Of a stretch of DNA of 64,000 nucleotides, positions 27,362-40,123 are shown piece after piece. This stretch comes from Octopus vulgaris (taxonomy: Eukaryota): the NCBI GenBank assembly GCA_951406725.2, contig OX597824.1, positions 74,648,001-74,712,000 of the forward strand, given 5' to 3'. The notes under the pieces are model-generated. The model made no database searches. It worked only from the letters and a program-made list of their open reading frames with translations, and was not told the origin of the DNA. Every line of letters starts with the position of its first letter. Position 1 is the first letter of the stretch. A program made the translations under genes and the position numbers.

Positions 27362-27362
<1 letters not shown>
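24000..27362 (+). mobile_element. Near-full-length degenerate R4/Dong-like non-LTR retrotransposon (RT, CCHC, RLE)
   Basis: NYKPITCL, WIDYKKAFDS, GIFQSDSLSPLLF, YMDDLK, CRVC...ETIDHVVSMC and NRPDIILKD...LIDMTVP...SKY, with many stops, frameshifts and internal deletions. The 3' end abuts a long (TAA)n tract. Confidence 0.9.
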
Positions 27363-27618
<256 letters not shown>

Positions 27619-29100
27619 AGATTTTTCAAAAATAACCCGAAGCAATTCTTCTGAACGTTAGAAGGAGACTATGGGGAAAATGTTGCTCCTGATGCAAATA
27701 AAGCCAAGGAGTTCTGGAGTGGATTATGGGGAAATAATGTGGTGCATGAAAGGGATGCAATATGGATAGCAAATATCAAGGCAGAATTACAAGGAAGAAA
27801 GAAACAAAGGAATATTGTCATAAGCACGGGTGATGTGAAAGAACAAGTGGGTAAAAAAGGAAACCCAGAAGTTGTGCTGGTGGTGGTGGTGGTGGTGGGA
27901 GTTTCATCAACGTCATTATCATCAGCAGCAGCAGCCGTTCAAGAATTTGGACCTGGAGATCTCCATTTCCAGCGACTTCGACTTTTCCAAGGTCTCGAGT
28001 CTCCCGCCTCTAAGCCCTAGACCATCACCTATTCACCCTTACCCGTCTTGTTGCTTAACAACAACAGCAGCAGCAGCAGCATATAGAGCAGTAGTTGTAG
28101 TAGCAGTACTCAGGTAAGCACAAGGTACATCTATAATCAGATGGAATTTTCTTTTGTCTTTTTTGCATATCAGAAACATTTTCCAATGCATTTTTTTTTT
28201 GTACGATAAGAATGGATTATATGTAGAAACAAACTGAAACATTCTAAATTCATCATTTCTGAATCGTAGAATAATTCGTAAAATAACAGGAATAGCAGAG
28301 TAATATAATGACTGAACAAGTCTAAATGGAATACGAATTTAAGTATCCTTTTGAAGAGGTAGGGGAGTATCATGATCAACTGAGGCTTCATTCGGATTGG
28401 TAGCTTCTCCCTCTTTGATTTAGGTGATGTAAATGATTGCTTTGACACTGCTACTAAGAATGTTAAAGAGTTGAATATCTTATTTGAAGCAGGTAGCAAA
28501 AACCGAATCACATTATCTGTATGGATGACTTGAAGCTAGTTGCTGATAATGGCGCTCAAATAGAATATTTAGTAGAAGCGGTTGATAGATTTAGTGGAGA
28601 TATTAGGACGAAAATTGGGAATAAACTGCGTTGGGCTTCTTTTTTTTATGAGAAACAGAGGATAGTGAAAAATAATGGGATACAAATAACTTGATAATGG
28701 AATCATAAAGCAGTAAGATAGATACATGAGGCTATAAATATTTAATGAAGTAAACATTATCACACTTAATGTCGACAGCAGAACAAATCTAATCAATCAA
28801 CTCAATAGTCGTGTAGAGGAAAGATAAACAATGTTGGACAATACTTAAGTGAAGTGAACAAAGGTGTGTGCGACAACTCAATATACAATTAAAAACAAAA
28901 CATTTTATTGAAACGGCCTGACACATCAGAACTGCATTCTTGCATATATTTAAGATTGGAAATACAACAACGCAGTAAGGGGATGTATAGTCAGATCTTT
29001 GGTAAATTAGGAGATAACTTTGGACATCTTTTGGTCTTATACGACCTCCTTAAAAAAGTCAAGTACTGTTGTAAATACTCAGATATCAGAATTCCTTATT
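27619..29100 (+). mobile_element. Second, older R4/Dong-like LINE relic
   Basis: FKNNPKQFF...KEFWSGLWG...WI at 27620-27850, then a YMDDLKL-like motif at ~28520 and degenerate downstream RT motifs. Confidence 0.6.
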
Positions 29101-29284
29101 AAACTTAATTAACAATTAAGGGATAATTGTTTTTTTTAATTTATGACTTAACTCCTTTGTTTATAATCATAACTAACAACCCCATATTTCTTCCCTCTCT
29201 CACTCTCTCTATATATATCTATATCTATCTATCTATATACATTTTTCCCCTGTCTTCCCTTCTCGGGATCTTTCCTTCTCCTAT

Positions 29285-29319
29285 GTTTCCGACGAAGAGC
29301 TCCGCTCGAAACGTCAAAC
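29285..29319 (+). ncRNA. Minimal type I hammerhead-like motif (PLE pseudo-LTR type) with a C-for-U change in the core
   Basis: GTTT-CCGACGA-A-GAGC tcc GCTC-GAAA-CG-TC-AAAC: stem I GTTT/AAAC, stem II GAGC/GCTC, palindromic ACGT stem III. Confidence 0.55.
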
Positions 29320-29417
29320 CCTCCTTCTTCCCTTCTTTCCTGAGCGTCCAATAATACTTTATTTGTTCCACGTCCTTGCGTTGTTGTTCTTTTGTTTTTT
29401 TTATGTTTGGATTAACT

Positions 29418-29464
<47 letters not shown>

Positions 29465-29466
<2 letters not shown>

Positions 29467-30735
29467 TGAGCCAGTAAATAAATTGTCGTCTAAATTACGC
29501 AAAAATGAAAATAACACTGACGTCTCATTTTAACAGATATATTTACCAAAATGACATAGAAATATCTTGAAATATTAAAGAGTAAATTCATTCAATAAAA
29601 TCACCATTCGCTTCAACCACGGCTTCCAGACGACTTCGGAATCTCCTGCAACTCTTCTGGACGGTCTCCTTGTTGAAGTTGGTGAATGCCGCCATAATTG
29701 TCTTCAGTTTTTGCCGGTCTCTCACTCAACTGCGCCCCACATATAATAATAAAGGGGGATTGCAGCCTGGGGAGTTAGGTGGTCAGATGTTAGGGATGAT
29801 ATGGTTGCAGAAATTGTCTGACAGCCATGACTAGGTTCTCCTGCTTGTGTGGCATATTACAGAGTTCTGTTGCCAGACATAGGTCTTCCAGCAGCCACCG
29901 TCTTGACCCAGGACAGTACTACCTCCACCAGGCACTTAATGTAGGCCTCCGTGTTAAGTGTGAGCCCGTGTGGGAAAATGAATAGAGGCATAACGTCGCC
30001 ATCACTAATAATCACTCCAAACACCATGATGTTGACTGGATGTTTGATTTTTATCACTCTCGGTACATGTTTTGGGGACACAGAAAGCCAACGATTGTTC
30101 TGTGTGTTTGTCATATGATCCTGGCAGAAATTTTTCTCGTCTGAGAAAAACCAAAGCATGTCCAGTTGGAGGGGATGCTAGAGTTTGTTCAAAGGCTTCG
30201 TAGCGCGGTCTTTCCTCTTGCCCTTGATGGCTAGGGATAAAAATTGACCCTTTCTAATCTTGCATGAGGAATACCGAGTGTCTTCATACACTACCTGCCT
30301 GATAAGAAACTCAGACTTTCCCATGTCCCTGGCGTTGGACCTGATTGACTTGGAGGGATCATTGTCAATCATGGCCTGGATCTCACCAACAAAATCAGGA
30401 GTTCCTTTCTTATCAGAACGATCAGAGTGAGATTTCCGAGCTGCCGTACCTTCGTAATCACCAACTCTTTCCGAATCCTCTGCACTCACCTCAAATTGAC
30501 TCCCAAATACACTGAAACGTTCGTATTGAAGCTTCTGGCGCGAATGCCAAGCAGTATAACATATCGTTTCCAAATTTCTGGCAGAGTGAATTGCGTCATG
30601 GTGCTGTTTTTCTCACAGGCGGCGCCCAACTGACCCTACTATACTGTGCAGTCGACATAAAAAAAAAGAAACAATGCGCTTGTGGAAAATTAGAAATATA
30701 AAACGACGACATTTATATTTATCCAACGCACCCTC

Positions 30736-30737
<2 letters not shown>
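29465..30737 (-). mobile_element. Tc1/mariner maT (DD37D-like) transposon, defective
   Basis: FFSDEKNF...NNRW...KHP-x-x-IMVFG...YIKCL, WQQ...HTS and PPNSP-x-x-NPL-x-YY-x-W. The element sits in (TA)n with degenerate TIRs (...TAAAT..TGTCGTC). Confidence 0.85.
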
Positions 30738-30776
<39 letters not shown>

Positions 30777-30822
30777 GGCGCAATGGGTAAATATAAATGT
30801 CGCCGTATATATATATATTTAT

Positions 30823-30885
<63 letters not shown>

Positions 30886-31094
30886 TATATATATATATGC
30901 ACGCACAGACACGCAAACACAATCATAAACTTGAAGCCCCCCCACCCCAATCAACTGAATGTTATTAATGCTAATGCTATAAATAGATTCTACTCAAATA
31001 AATTGTCTAGAGTTCCACATTCAGTAAATGTTTCGTTTCTTATCTACAAATTTATCAACGATATCGAAATCGTGCATTTATATGTACTAACGTA

Positions 31095-31139
<45 letters not shown>

Positions 31140-32386
31140 ACACCGCCATGCCTATATATGTGTGTGTGGGGGGGTGTTTATACATATATAAAAAGATAGA
31201 GGTTAGAAACATGCATATACAAACATAATACAACACACGTACAAACACACGCGCGCGCAAATCTATTTTGATTCTTTAGAAATTGCAGGATTCGATGCAA
31301 ATGTAGTGTATCTCTTAATACAGTATAGCCGAAATGTCCCAGTTTGTAGTCAATTCCGATCGTCAGCTCGTAAACCGTGCTGGCTTTTCTGTTGACACAT
31401 TCGTTGTTTAAATATTTTTTTTAAATAGGAAATGAAATTTTGAAGACAACGCTCGTCCTTATGTTCTTTCGTTTACAAACCTTTGTGAACGACACGTGCA
31501 AAAATGATAGTACCAAGCTCGCTTTTTTTTTTTTTACTTTATTTCTCGTTTTCGTGGTAATATCATAAACGTCTTAAACACTAAACCAGCCAAGTCATGA
31601 AATTGCGGTGTTGTTTAAGTACTGTTTAAGTTGTTTTAAAGTAATTCTTTTAATTAATTGTTTTAAAAAAAACAACAATGTGTATGTACGTGTTCACTTT
31701 GCATGCGCATTCATATACACATACACACATATGCACAGACATATGCACACACATATATACACAGAGTTATATCTGCATGTATACGTATCCACGCATGCAT
31801 AGTCATATATATGCACGCATAGGCACAGACCCAGACACGTTAAAACATATATCAATAAAACCTAGTTTCAAACTTATCAAATGAAAACATTCTGTGAAAA
31901 GGCATACATCATGTCATTCAAATTATCTTTGAAAACGAAGAATGTGGAACATAACACCAACTTGTAGACGAACCTCTAATTGAAACATAATAAACTTGGC
32001 GTTATTTTCCCACGACAAATATAGTAATAATATGTAAATAACTGCAATGTAATCACCGACTGATGATAATGCCTGTCATGAAGAAGCAAGCCAAGAAACT
32101 AAAGAATTGCACAGACATTAAGCTATAGAATTGAAAACAAGTATTTCAGGAATGTGTTCGTTGACCTATTTGTCATTGGTACGTCATGAACGATGACAAA
32201 CAACAATCTTTTCTGTAGAGACAGGGCTGGTCACCTTTAAATAAATGAGCTTTAATATGGTCGGTGTAAGTGCTAGAAACAGAAGTTAACCCTTCTTCAA
32301 ATTATACCCTGCCGTCTTACGTTAGATAACATACTCCTTCTTACGGAGTGATGAGAGATTCTTTGATCAATGTAAATGCTATTGTT

Positions 32387-32855
32387 GAATCTTTCCGGTT
32401 TGAACGGCAGTTTTTAACATAATTTCTAGGTAACTAAAAAATTGACACTTCGTATACTGGTAGAATGTGTTTATAAAACATCTTTTTCTCTTGGCTTTAT
32501 TGAGAAAATTCTATAGTTTGTAAAATATTTGTTGTTTTTTTTCTTCAATTTCTGCAATCTCAACCAATCACTGACGTCTTGTGAGCTGAAAACATTCTGT
32601 GCCGTATGAATATATCCCTCGTTTAAGAAACAGATTGGGTTTATTTACATTTGTGAAGAAAAAAAGATACCCTTCCACCCACCCCTAACCCTAACCCTAA
32701 CCCTAACTAACCCTAACCCTAACTAACCCTAACCCTAACTAACCCTAACCCTAAAACAGATTGAAATGCAATAGATCGATACAAGGGTCATAATTATGGG
32801 TGACAATTTCATATGACACCGCTAGAAAAAACTGCCGTTCAAACCGAAAAGATCC
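32387..32855 (+). mobile_element. Non-autonomous TIR element (Merlin-like MITE) containing (CCCTAA)n
   Basis: ~28-bp TIRs G(G/A)ATCTTT(T/C)CGGTTTGAACGGCAGTTTTT. A second copy lies inverted at 59476-59893. Confidence 0.85.
32683..32753 (-). repeat. Interstitial telomere-type (TTAGGG)n with periodic TTAG interruptions
   Basis: CCCTAA units with a CCCTAA-CCCTAA-CTAA higher-order pattern. Confidence 0.9.
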
Positions 32856-33325
32856 ATTTATTTTATCAATCCGGGGAGGATGAAATGTAAAGTCGACCCT
32901 GGCAGAATTTGAACGCAACATATTCTCAAGACAATATTCTCAAGAATATTTGAATTTTGGATCTGTAGCATCATTAACTAAAACGATCTTATCTGTGTAC
33001 TGGCTAAGTGAAGAGATTTATAGCTGTGACACGAGAAAAACCATTACGAATTTTGTCAGACGCTCTAACAATTCTACTAACTCACCGCTTTAAAAGTGCA
33101 TATAATCATTTCTTTTCAAATTGTGACACAAAAACAGCAATTTCAGGAGGTGATGGGGATAGTCGATACTATCGACCACAATACTTGATAAGTACTTTAT
33201 TTTATCAGTCCCTTGAGGTAAAATTGATCACGGCGGCATCTGAACTCAAACGTTATGAGTCGAAACAAATACCACTACGCAATCTCTCCGACGTTTAAAT
33301 GATTTTCTGCCAGCTAGCCGCCTTA
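32856..33325 (-). mobile_element. Two old SINE family B fragments
   Basis: GGATGAAATGTAAAGTCGACC...GAATTTGAAC and CTGCCAGCTAGCCGCCTT. Confidence 0.6.
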
Positions 33326-33830
33326 AAAATGCATAAAATAATACAATAAAATCCAATTTGTTAATAGACATTTCTAGTTTATATATAATCAGTTTATATA
33401 ATTTTATATCGCCTCCTAAAACATAATATAGTTACGATAATTTACCATTTGTTGGAATTACTCAGCAGACAGTAAAACGGCTGATGCAATGCTTACTTTT
33501 TTTCTTTCTTTCTTGCTCTGTTTTCTTTCTTTCTCTCTCTCTCTCTCTCTCTTTTTTTTTTTTTTTTTAACTGATCGTTAAACAAATTAATTTATTCGAG
33601 CAAAAAGAAACCAAGTTACCTTGCTGCAACTGGTTAGTAATACGTCTGTCATTGATACAGAACATGCGTGTTTGAGTCCCGAGGGTAGTCTTCCAGCTCT
33701 TTTCCATCCAATGAGCCTTTTAACCCAACGTATTACAAGATATTTTTTATAGCTGTAGCAAATAGACGAGCTGGCAGAATCGGCAGCACATCAAATAAAA
33801 TATTCAGCGGTATTTCGTCCGTCTTTATAT

Positions 33831-34255
33831 TGTAGTGACGCCAGGTTTTAGACGCCATTTTGGGATGTCCATCTACGCATGTGCAATGTTTGGTGTCTTC
33901 GGATAGGCTGCCGGAAGTCCCCTGATGCACATGCGCAGTTGTCAGAAGCAGTTAGCCTTTCCCGCTATTCCAATCCAATCTTCTTGGCTCTTGGCGGTCG
34001 ATAAATTAAGATGTGTCCCGACAAGGCTCCGAGCGAAGGGGCAAACCAGACTCCGCGGGCAGTGAAGACTATTGGTGATTTAATCCGACTCTGCTGTTTT
34101 TCTAACACTGGCGTTTCATGTTACCGATGACCAGCGATGAAGTCTCTCCTTCGGTGAAAACAATAAACTATTATTGTTATTTGTTCAGCTATTCGTGTTC
34201 CTGTCGTTTTATTCCCTTCTACAACATTGTAGGGAAATGTGTGAGGCACCCTACA
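33831..34255 (+). mobile_element. Possible solo LTR inserted in an old SINE B (33765-34410)
   Basis: TGTAG...CTACA termini, an internal AATAAA (~34162) and GC-richer composition. It splits a family B SINE. No TSD seen. Confidence 0.45.
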
Positions 34256-34429
34256 AGTGCAGATATCACACAGAGATAGATAACCAAAAATCTTACGTTC
34301 AAACTCTGCTGAGGTTGACATTGCCTTTCATCTTTTACAAGTCGATAAAGTAAGTACTAATTAAGCACTGGAGTCGATGTATTTCGGGCCTTGTGCCTGT
34401 AACAGAAAGGATTATTTATAGATCTATCA

Positions 34430-34650
34430 AAGCGAAGAGCAGGCAGAATCGGCAGCACACCGGATAAATTGCTTAGTAGCATTTCTTCCGGCTCTTTACG
34501 TTCTGAGCTCGAATCCCGCCAACGCTGACTTTGCCTTTCATCCTTTTGGGAACGATAAAATAGGGTAGCAATCAACTACAGAGATCGATGTAATCGACTT
34601 GCCTCCATCCTTCAAAACAGCAAGCCTTGTGCCAAAATTAGAAAGAATCA
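34430..34650 (+). mobile_element. SINE family B, diverged
   Basis: Family B head and core. Confidence 0.7.
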
Positions 34651-34724
34651 TTTATAGCTGTGTTTGCTTCAAGATACACTGTTGAATTATTCATTTGCCT
34701 GATACTAGATGCTACTATATTTTT

Positions 34725-35030
34725 TCTCGCCCTTTTCAAGCTTAGCCAGGCTCATGGGCCCGGTTTCCCGGTTTTTATGGCGAATGTGTTCCCTCCAGCT
34801 GGACGGGACGCCAGTCCATCGCAGCGTTACTCAAGAAACAGGAAGATAGAGTGAGAGAAAGTTGTGGCGAAAGAGTACAACAGGGATCGCCAACACCCCC
34901 TGCCGGAGCCTCGTGGAGCTTTAGGTGTTTTCGCTCCATAAACACACACAACACCCGGTCCGGGAATTGAAACCGCGATCCTCCGACCGCGAGTTCGCTG
35001 CCCTAACCACTGAGCCATTGCGCCTTCACT
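34725..35030 (-). mobile_element. SINE family C with V-domain-like tail
   Basis: Family C head, then GCTGCGATGGACTGGCGTCCCGTCCAG...GGGCCCATGAGCCTGGC. Confidence 0.8.
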
Positions 35031-35488
35031 GCTACCATATTTATAGTTCCAAATATATTATCCATAATTAGAGTTGTCGTTTTATAGCATTCTATATTTT
35101 ATATAGACCTTTGCTCCGTTTTAATTACGGTTTGGGTTGTGAAAATGCTTGGCTGAATATTCTAACAGCGCCAGCTTGTCCGACGTCGTCAAGTCGAGAG
35201 AAAATTGATTAATAACAACTAGTAATTAATCAATGTCCATAACAACCGAAAAGGTGTCAGTCGGTGTATTACTGACAGTTGTGTATTTACTGCGTAAGTT
35301 GCACAAAACGTTTGGTAAGCCTCATGTCAATAGCTTATACTAAGAAGTAGCGACAATAGTCTCAAGAATATTTGAATTTCGGATCTGTAGCATTATTAAC
35401 TAAAACGATCTTATCTGTGTACTGGCTATGGTGAAGAGGTTTATAGCTGTGACGCCATGAAACCTGTGAAGATAAAAGACTACCAGAA

Positions 35489-35912
35489 TAGGCACAGGCG
35501 TGGCTGCGTGGTAAGAAGTTTCTTTCCCAACCACATGGTCCTGTATTCAATCGCACAGCATGGCACCTTGTCTAAGTGTTTTGTACTGCAGCCTCGGGCC
35601 GACCAAAGCCTTGTGAGTGGATTTGGTAGACAGGAACTGAAAGAAACCCGTCGTATGTATGTATATATGTATGTTTATGTGTGTCTGTGTTTGTGTCTGT
35701 CTTTGTCCCCGCCACCGATTGGCAATCAGTATTGATGGCGTCTCCTTCCCTGTATATAGCGGTTCGGCAAAAGACAAGATCGATGGAATAAGTACCAGGC
35801 TTAAAAACAAAACAAGTACTGGGGTTGATTAGTTCGACTGAAATTCTTCAAGGCCGTGCCCCAGCATGGACGCAGTCTAATGAATGAAACAATTGAAAGA
35901 ATAAAGATAAAA
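35489..35912 (+). mobile_element. SINE family A, diverged
   Basis: Full-length homology. Confidence 0.8.
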
Positions 35913-36150
35913 AGTTAAATTGGTGTGCTCTGATGAGAAAGATAATGATCTTGATTTTTTTTTCTAAGATACTGTAAGACAAAAATAAGAATTTGGTTAA
36001 ATATAACTCTTTGAAGCCGTCGTATGATTACGATTTACCAGGTGTGATTTCATCAGATTATACGATTGGAAAAGGTAAGAACATAGAATGTGTGTCGGGG
36101 GTCCTACATGCTTTTCTGTTTGTTTGTATGTTTGTTTGCTTGTTTATCGT

Positions 36151-36317
36151 TAGACGTAGGAGTGGCTGTATGATAAGTAGCTAGCTTATCAGCCACATGA
36201 TTCCGAGTTCAGTCCCACTGCGTGGCACCTTGGGCAAGTATCTTCTGCTATAGCCTCGGGCCGACCAAAGTCTTGTGAGTGGATTTGGTAGACGGAAACT
36301 GAAAGGAGCTTGTCGTG

Positions 36318-36358
<41 letters not shown>

Positions 36359-36770
36359 CTGTTTTTGTCCCCACTCCCACCAACATCGCTTCACAACCGA
36401 TGCTGATTTGTTTACGTCTCCGTAACTTAGCGGTTCGGCAAAACAGACCGATAGAATAAGTACTAGGCTTACAAAGAATAAGTCCTGGGATCGATTTGCT
36501 CGACTAAAAGGCGGTGCTCCACCATGGCCACAGTCAATTATATATGTATATATATGTGTGTATAAGTTTGTGTGTCTGTGTTTGTCCACCCAACATCGCT
36601 TGATAACCGATGCTGGTGTGTTTACGTCCCCGTAACTTAGCGGTTCGGCAAAAGCGACCAATAGAATAAGTACTAGGCTTACAAAGAATTAGTCCCGGGG
36701 TCGATTTGCTCGACTAAAAGGCGGTGCTCCACCATGGCCACAGTCAAATGACTGAAACAAGTAAAAGAGT
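36151..36770 (+). mobile_element. SINE family A with tandem duplication of its 3' half
   Basis: The 3' half is repeated at 36540-36770. Confidence 0.8.
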
Positions 36771-37187
36771 AATTGGTAGAAGGCATCGTTATTTTCAGTC
36801 GTGAATTCATAATCATGTGGTCGGCCAATTTCACCCCTTCCAGGGGGGCTTTAAATCCGAACGAAATCGTACCGTCTAAAGAAAGCATGCACGCAGGCTG
36901 AAAGGGTTAAAGATATTTAAATCATCCGTCGCTGCTGATAATGAAGGCTGACCGAAGACGTCAATCAATACCTTCTATAATATAGGAGAGGAAGGACAAT
37001 TGTATGCCATACCAACAATTAATGGATTGATTGAAATAGCTATGAAGAAAGGATACAGAATCTTCTGAAATATATGCCACGAAGTATAAATACAATGCAA
37101 CACGACATGAAGGAAATAATTAATAATGTAGAGATAGCCAACCTGTCTGAGATTTAACGCTGCAATTTTCCTAAGCAATAATTATAC

Positions 37188-37552
37188 TCTTACTCTTTTA
37201 CTCGTTTACTTGTTTCAGTCATTTGACTGTGGTCATGCTGGAGCACCGCCTTTAGTCGAGGAAATCGACCCCAGGACTTAGTACTTATTCTATCGGTCTG
37301 TTTTGCCGTTGATTACTCGAAATGGGGAACAGATAGACAGCCAACAACTGATGAAGGATCGTTCTTTGTATTCTTTGTATTACTTGATTTGTTTTCCATT
37401 TTTTTCTCTCGTTATTCGCTTATTTAACTCAATTGTTGCAAAGTGTCCAATGGACCGCTAAGTTACAGAGACGTAAACACACCAGCATCGGTTGACAAGT
37501 GATGTTGGAGGGACAAACACAGACACACAAACATATACACACACAAACATAT

Positions 37553-37626
<74 letters not shown>

Positions 37627-37790
37627 GACGGGCTTCTTTCAGTTTCTGTCTACCAAATCCACTCACAAGGCTTTGTTCGGCCCGAGGCTATAGTAGAAGA
37701 CACTTGCCCAAGGTGCCACGCAGTGGGACTGAACCCGGAACCATGTGGTTGGTAAGCAAGCTACTTACCACACAGCCACTCCTACGCCTA
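37188..37790 (-). mobile_element. SINE family A with a foreign insert at ~37310-37452
   Basis: The family A sequence is split within TTTTGCCG|...|ACCGCTAAG. Confidence 0.8.
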
Positions 37791-38570
37791 TAACGATAAA
37801 GAATATGGAGAATGGTAACATCGACAAAATCATTTTCTTTTATTTAATAATTTCATACAGGGTTCTCACTCGTGCAGACTTTACAGCATGAGCGACAACC
37901 CATAGTGGCTATAGACATTAAATATTAATCGATGCGGTTAACCGTAATCTGGAACATAAGTGAGAGCTTCCACTTCATCAATAGTTGAATACAAAAATGT
38001 ATTTTTCTTAAATATGTTTATTTCTTAATTTTTATTTTTATAAAACATTTTCGTTATCCAATGACGTCACCATTAGTTGAAGGAATGTCTGAGGTTGAAT
38101 TCGGTTTGGTGTTATTTTTGTTAGCGTCTATCAACTGGTAATATTTCAGATGTTCAATTTGAATTTCACTAATTCTGGAAAGACTTGATAACGTTGTGTT
38201 AACATACTTTCGAGGATATTAATATTGATTTTAATAATATTTTGTATATATATATGTCCTTTTATAGTCTCCAGTCCTACAGGACATTTTCATTTTCCTT
38301 TGCTTTATATTTCAATGTCTTGAGGCCGCATGTATATGTATGTTTTAGTTTGTCGTGTTTGTTTTCTTCGTTGTCCTGTACATTCGTTAGCTATTTCCAG
38401 TGGCTTTTTGTCACTGGCGTCACCAAGAGTTAATAATATCAACGTTCAACGTTAAAGGCGCGAAATTGTAATGATCTTTTGGATGTTGACTGATGAGGAA
38501 TAAGCTACGAATTTTCTGTTTATGTTTTTTATAATATTTACGTTTGTTGTGCCTGTGTTAAATTTTTGAA

Positions 38571-38614
<44 letters not shown>

Positions 38615-38619
38615 ACACA

Positions 38620-38902
38620 CACACGCATACGCACACATATATGTCGTATGTTTGAATGTGTGTTTGTGTATGTCTTTTAGTTTTTACGCCCACCGCTTCA
38701 CGGGCGATGTTGATTCGTTTATGTCCTCGTGACGTAGCGGTTCGGTAAAGACAAGACCAATAGAATAAGTAGCAGATTTTAAAATCAAATAATAAAAAAA
38801 AGCATACCGGGGGTTGATTTTTTTCTACTAAACCCTTCAAGGCGGTTCCCCTTCTTGGCCGCAGTCAAAAGACTGAAACAAATGAAGGACAAAAGATAAA
38901 GA
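38620..38902 (+). mobile_element. SINE family A, old 3' half
   Basis: TAGCGGTTCGG...GGCCGCAGTCAAAAGACTGAAACAA. Confidence 0.65.
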
Positions 38903-40123
38903 TATATATATTTCGTTAGTACATTGTCTATGCTTTGTTAGGTCTTCGTTATGCTTTGTTCTTTCCTTTTCTTGTCTTTTTGTAGCGTCTCAGCCGCCAT
39001 TGTTCGGGATCTTCATTTGTTTTCCATTTTTTTGTTTATATCCGTGATGATTCATCTACTGCTTATACCTCTCCCAACCCTCACAATTCTGCTTCACTTG
39101 CTGCTGGTACTGCAACTATTATTCTATTTTGATATTACATAAGTTCTTTAATAAAATCGCTTTCGGATGAAGTTTAAAGCTGTTTGTTTTTGTTCAAAGA
39201 ATTGTTGTCGCTTTTCGCAAAAACGTATTTTTGAAGATATTTATTTATCATTTTCTTTTTTGTAGATTTAGAACAAGAATCTCTTGTTTCAGGCGTTCCT
39301 TGATTTAAGCTACATTCTTTTGTTTTTCCTTATTTCTATTTATTTATTTATTTATTTGTAATTATTTTGTATTTCTATAATATTTGTATGTCTTTCTGCT
39401 TCAAATATTTGGGGGTTTTTTTGTTATTTATTTCATTAAGAATTGTGAAACATTTCTCCGAAATTCAATCTTTCTCTATTATATTTATAGCATTTTTTTC
39501 ATGCTGTTTGTCCATGTTTACATGTTTTTTTTCTATATGAAGTAGTTTTCAGAAAATATCCACTTTCCTTTTCGATTGCTGTGGATGTTATTTATGTCGT
39601 GTGATTTTCCTGACGGCATTGATGTTTGCATCTATTTTCACTAATTCTTCAATGACCAGGTTTGCCTCTCTAATGACTAGTGCCATTTTATCGTTAAGTT
39701 ATATCATTAGAGTGATGCATAGCAATGGTCCATAGCAATTTTTTTTATCGATTTTAAATCTTTTGTTATTTCCACATTTAGATTATTGCCATATTCAACA
39801 TTTCCATCTTTAGAATTGTCCATTCCCAAATGTTTGTCATATTTCAATTTAATCGGATGTTGACTGATTTCGTTCTGGTTCATCTATTGGTCAGTATTCT
39901 TCAGTTATACTGAGGTTTTGCAACCTATTTCGTTTGTTTTGCATGTACTGATTTCTCTTTTCTATTTACATTCTGGGCTTTAATGTTTTTATCATTTTTC
40001 TTTTTCTCTTTTAATTTGATTTTTCTATTTTATATTTGTTCTTCTAAGTGTTTTGTTTCTCTCTGATATCTTCTTCGTAATCAGAATGTACCTTCCTGAA
40101 TTAGGTAAACAATTAGAATTTAA

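Noticed and set aside
36925-36970. Hammerhead-like CTGATAATGAAGG...CCGAAGACGTC (also CTGAAGAAG at ~56255)
   Set aside because: Both core boxes are disrupted or the partner half is missing, so the fold is not supported.
37850-40100. Possible very old minus-strand Penelope-like relic (AYSSSVNIQKII; TTGATGAAG motif)
   Set aside because: Only one weak motif, and the boundaries cannot be supported without a profile search.
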